A DNA stretch of 24,000 nt, from sequence record MG775260.1; one strand, given 5' to 3'. Below the pieces are notes generated by a model. That model was not told the DNA's origin, did no database searches, and saw only the letters and a program-made list of their open reading frames with translations. Numbering within the stretch: position 1 is the stretch's first letter; every line of letters starts with the position of its first letter. Positions 23,197 through 24,000 of this stretch are shown one piece after another. The DNA comes from Pseudomonas phage Littlefix. The translations under genes and the position numbers were made by a program.

Positions 23197-23687
23197 GCCT
23201 GGACTGGAACAGCTACGTAGACGACAGCGAGGAGTTGAATATGCACATATTGGCAATACCAACCTCAGCTGTCAAAAGCGTAGAAGATCTGATCCCAGCA
23301 GCGCATAAGCAAGCAATCGTAGGTGATGTGACGTTGCTAGTTTTCTTGCCTCATAACGGTGGGGCAGACCGAATTGCTATAAAAGACCTGCTTGAGTTTG
23401 TTTTGAACGAGAGCATTTCGCACAACTATGTCTATTTCAACAGTAGATCGAAAATGCCTGATGCTGGACATTCGATACGGTACACCGCACAAGGTGAACT
23501 GGATGAAAGGCATGCCTTCTATGCAGACCCTGCTCTGCTTGAAGTGCTGGAACAACTGTTGAAGAAGGTTTACTTGGGTAAAGAGGTCTTACAGCTGGCC
23601 CACTGCTACGCCATGAATGCTGATTGGGACAACCATGAAGCCAATGGCAAGATGAACAAGATGCGTAAGCTCATAGGAGGCTTGTGA
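23193..23687 (+). CDS. Hypothetical protein, 164 aa, between the MoxR ATPase and VWA-like genes; ends NKMRKLIGGL
   Basis: ATGA/TGATG overlaps on both sides. Confidence 0.8.
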   Translation: MSLDWNSYVDDSEELNMHILAIPTSAVKSVEDLIPAAHKQAIVGDVTLLVFLPHNGGADRIAIKDLLEFVLNESISHNYVYFNSRSKMPDAGHSIRYTAQGELDERHAFYADPALLEVLEQLLKKVYLGKEVLQLAHCYAMNADWDNHEANGKMNKMRKLIGGL

Positions 23688-24000
23688 TGGAAATCGTTTC
23701 CCCTGATAAAGCCGAGAAGATCGATGCAGCGTTTACACAAGCTCGTATCGAGCTGATGCGTCACGATAAGTGGACGTTCTTCTCAGCTCTGACAATGCTG
23801 CTCAAACAAGAGGTTGATACAAACCCCAACGTTAAAGATGCAGCTGTGTCCGACACGCATACTTACTACAACTCAGATTACATGCTGGGTTTGACGAAGA
23901 TGCAGCGTGTCACTGTTATGGCCCATTTGGCCATGCACGTAGCCCTGAAACATGGGCTGCGTCAAGGTGATTGCGATCCGGCTTTGTACAACGAAGCATG
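23687..24000 (+). CDS. N-terminal part of a VWA-associated, DUF2201-type metallopeptidase-like protein (partial)
   Basis: THTYYNSDYMLGLTKMQRVTVMAHLAMHVALKHGLRQGDCDPALYNEA resembles the DUF2201 N-terminal domain (cf. xHEVLHVALxH) and follows a MoxR ATPase; open to the window edge. Confidence 0.65.
   Translation, partial: MEIVSPDKAEKIDAAFTQARIELMRHDKWTFFSALTMLLKQEVDTNPNVKDAAVSDTHTYYNSDYMLGLTKMQRVTVMAHLAMHVALKHGLRQGDCDPALYNEA

Noticed and set aside
22240-23262. 340-aa minus-strand ORF opposite the MoxR ATPase
   Set aside because: Same mirror effect; the plus strand has Walker motifs and coupled neighbours.
1-24000. tRNA genes, CRISPR arrays, insertion sequences, integrase, retron or DGR
   Set aside because: No cloverleaf-like segment, regularly spaced repeat array, transposase/integrase, or reverse transcriptase signature was seen by eye; a tRNAscan/Infernal run would be decisive.

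Overview
This 24 kb window looks like the compact early/middle accessory region of a large lytic tailed phage. The codon style and small-gene content suggest a Pseudomonas-type host, but that is inference. A minus-strand block of coupled small genes (1-1533) diverges from a long plus-strand block (about 1760-24000) of tightly overlapping genes. Recognisable products: a macro-like A1S_2505-type protein (4915-5295), an HNH-like protein (5501-5782), a small HTH regulator (6294-6566), a second macro-like candidate (9260-9694), a YspA/DUF2493 SLOG-type protein (11947-12321), RIIA (14006-16516) and RIIB (16516-18405), an HNH_3-type endonuclease (19181-19531), an AAA+ ATPase (19671-21143), a MoxR-type ATPase (22129-23196) and the start of a VWA/DUF2201-like protein (23687->24000). 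Most notable observations: (1) a single-subunit T7/N4-type RNA polymerase split into two ORFs. The N-terminal half (10461-11384) ends just after the DxxGR motif, and the catalytic half (12336-13586) carries motifs A, B and C. Two other genes lie between them, which resembles the N4 RNAPII heterodimer but non-contiguous. (2) Three triloop hairpins with changing stems and a constant TAC loop, each 48-55 nt upstream of a start codon, resembling N4-type hairpin promoters. (3) A tandem series of about 70-100 aa ORFs sharing a C-terminal P..[LIV].MxxL[IV]G motif whose codons also contain the Shine-Dalgarno sequence of the next gene. (4) A MoxR/unknown/VWA-like module in which the HExxH-equivalent site reads HLAMH. 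(5) An internal repeat around a Lys/Ala/Pro linker at the RIIB C-terminus. All homology statements come from motif recognition by eye; no searches were run.
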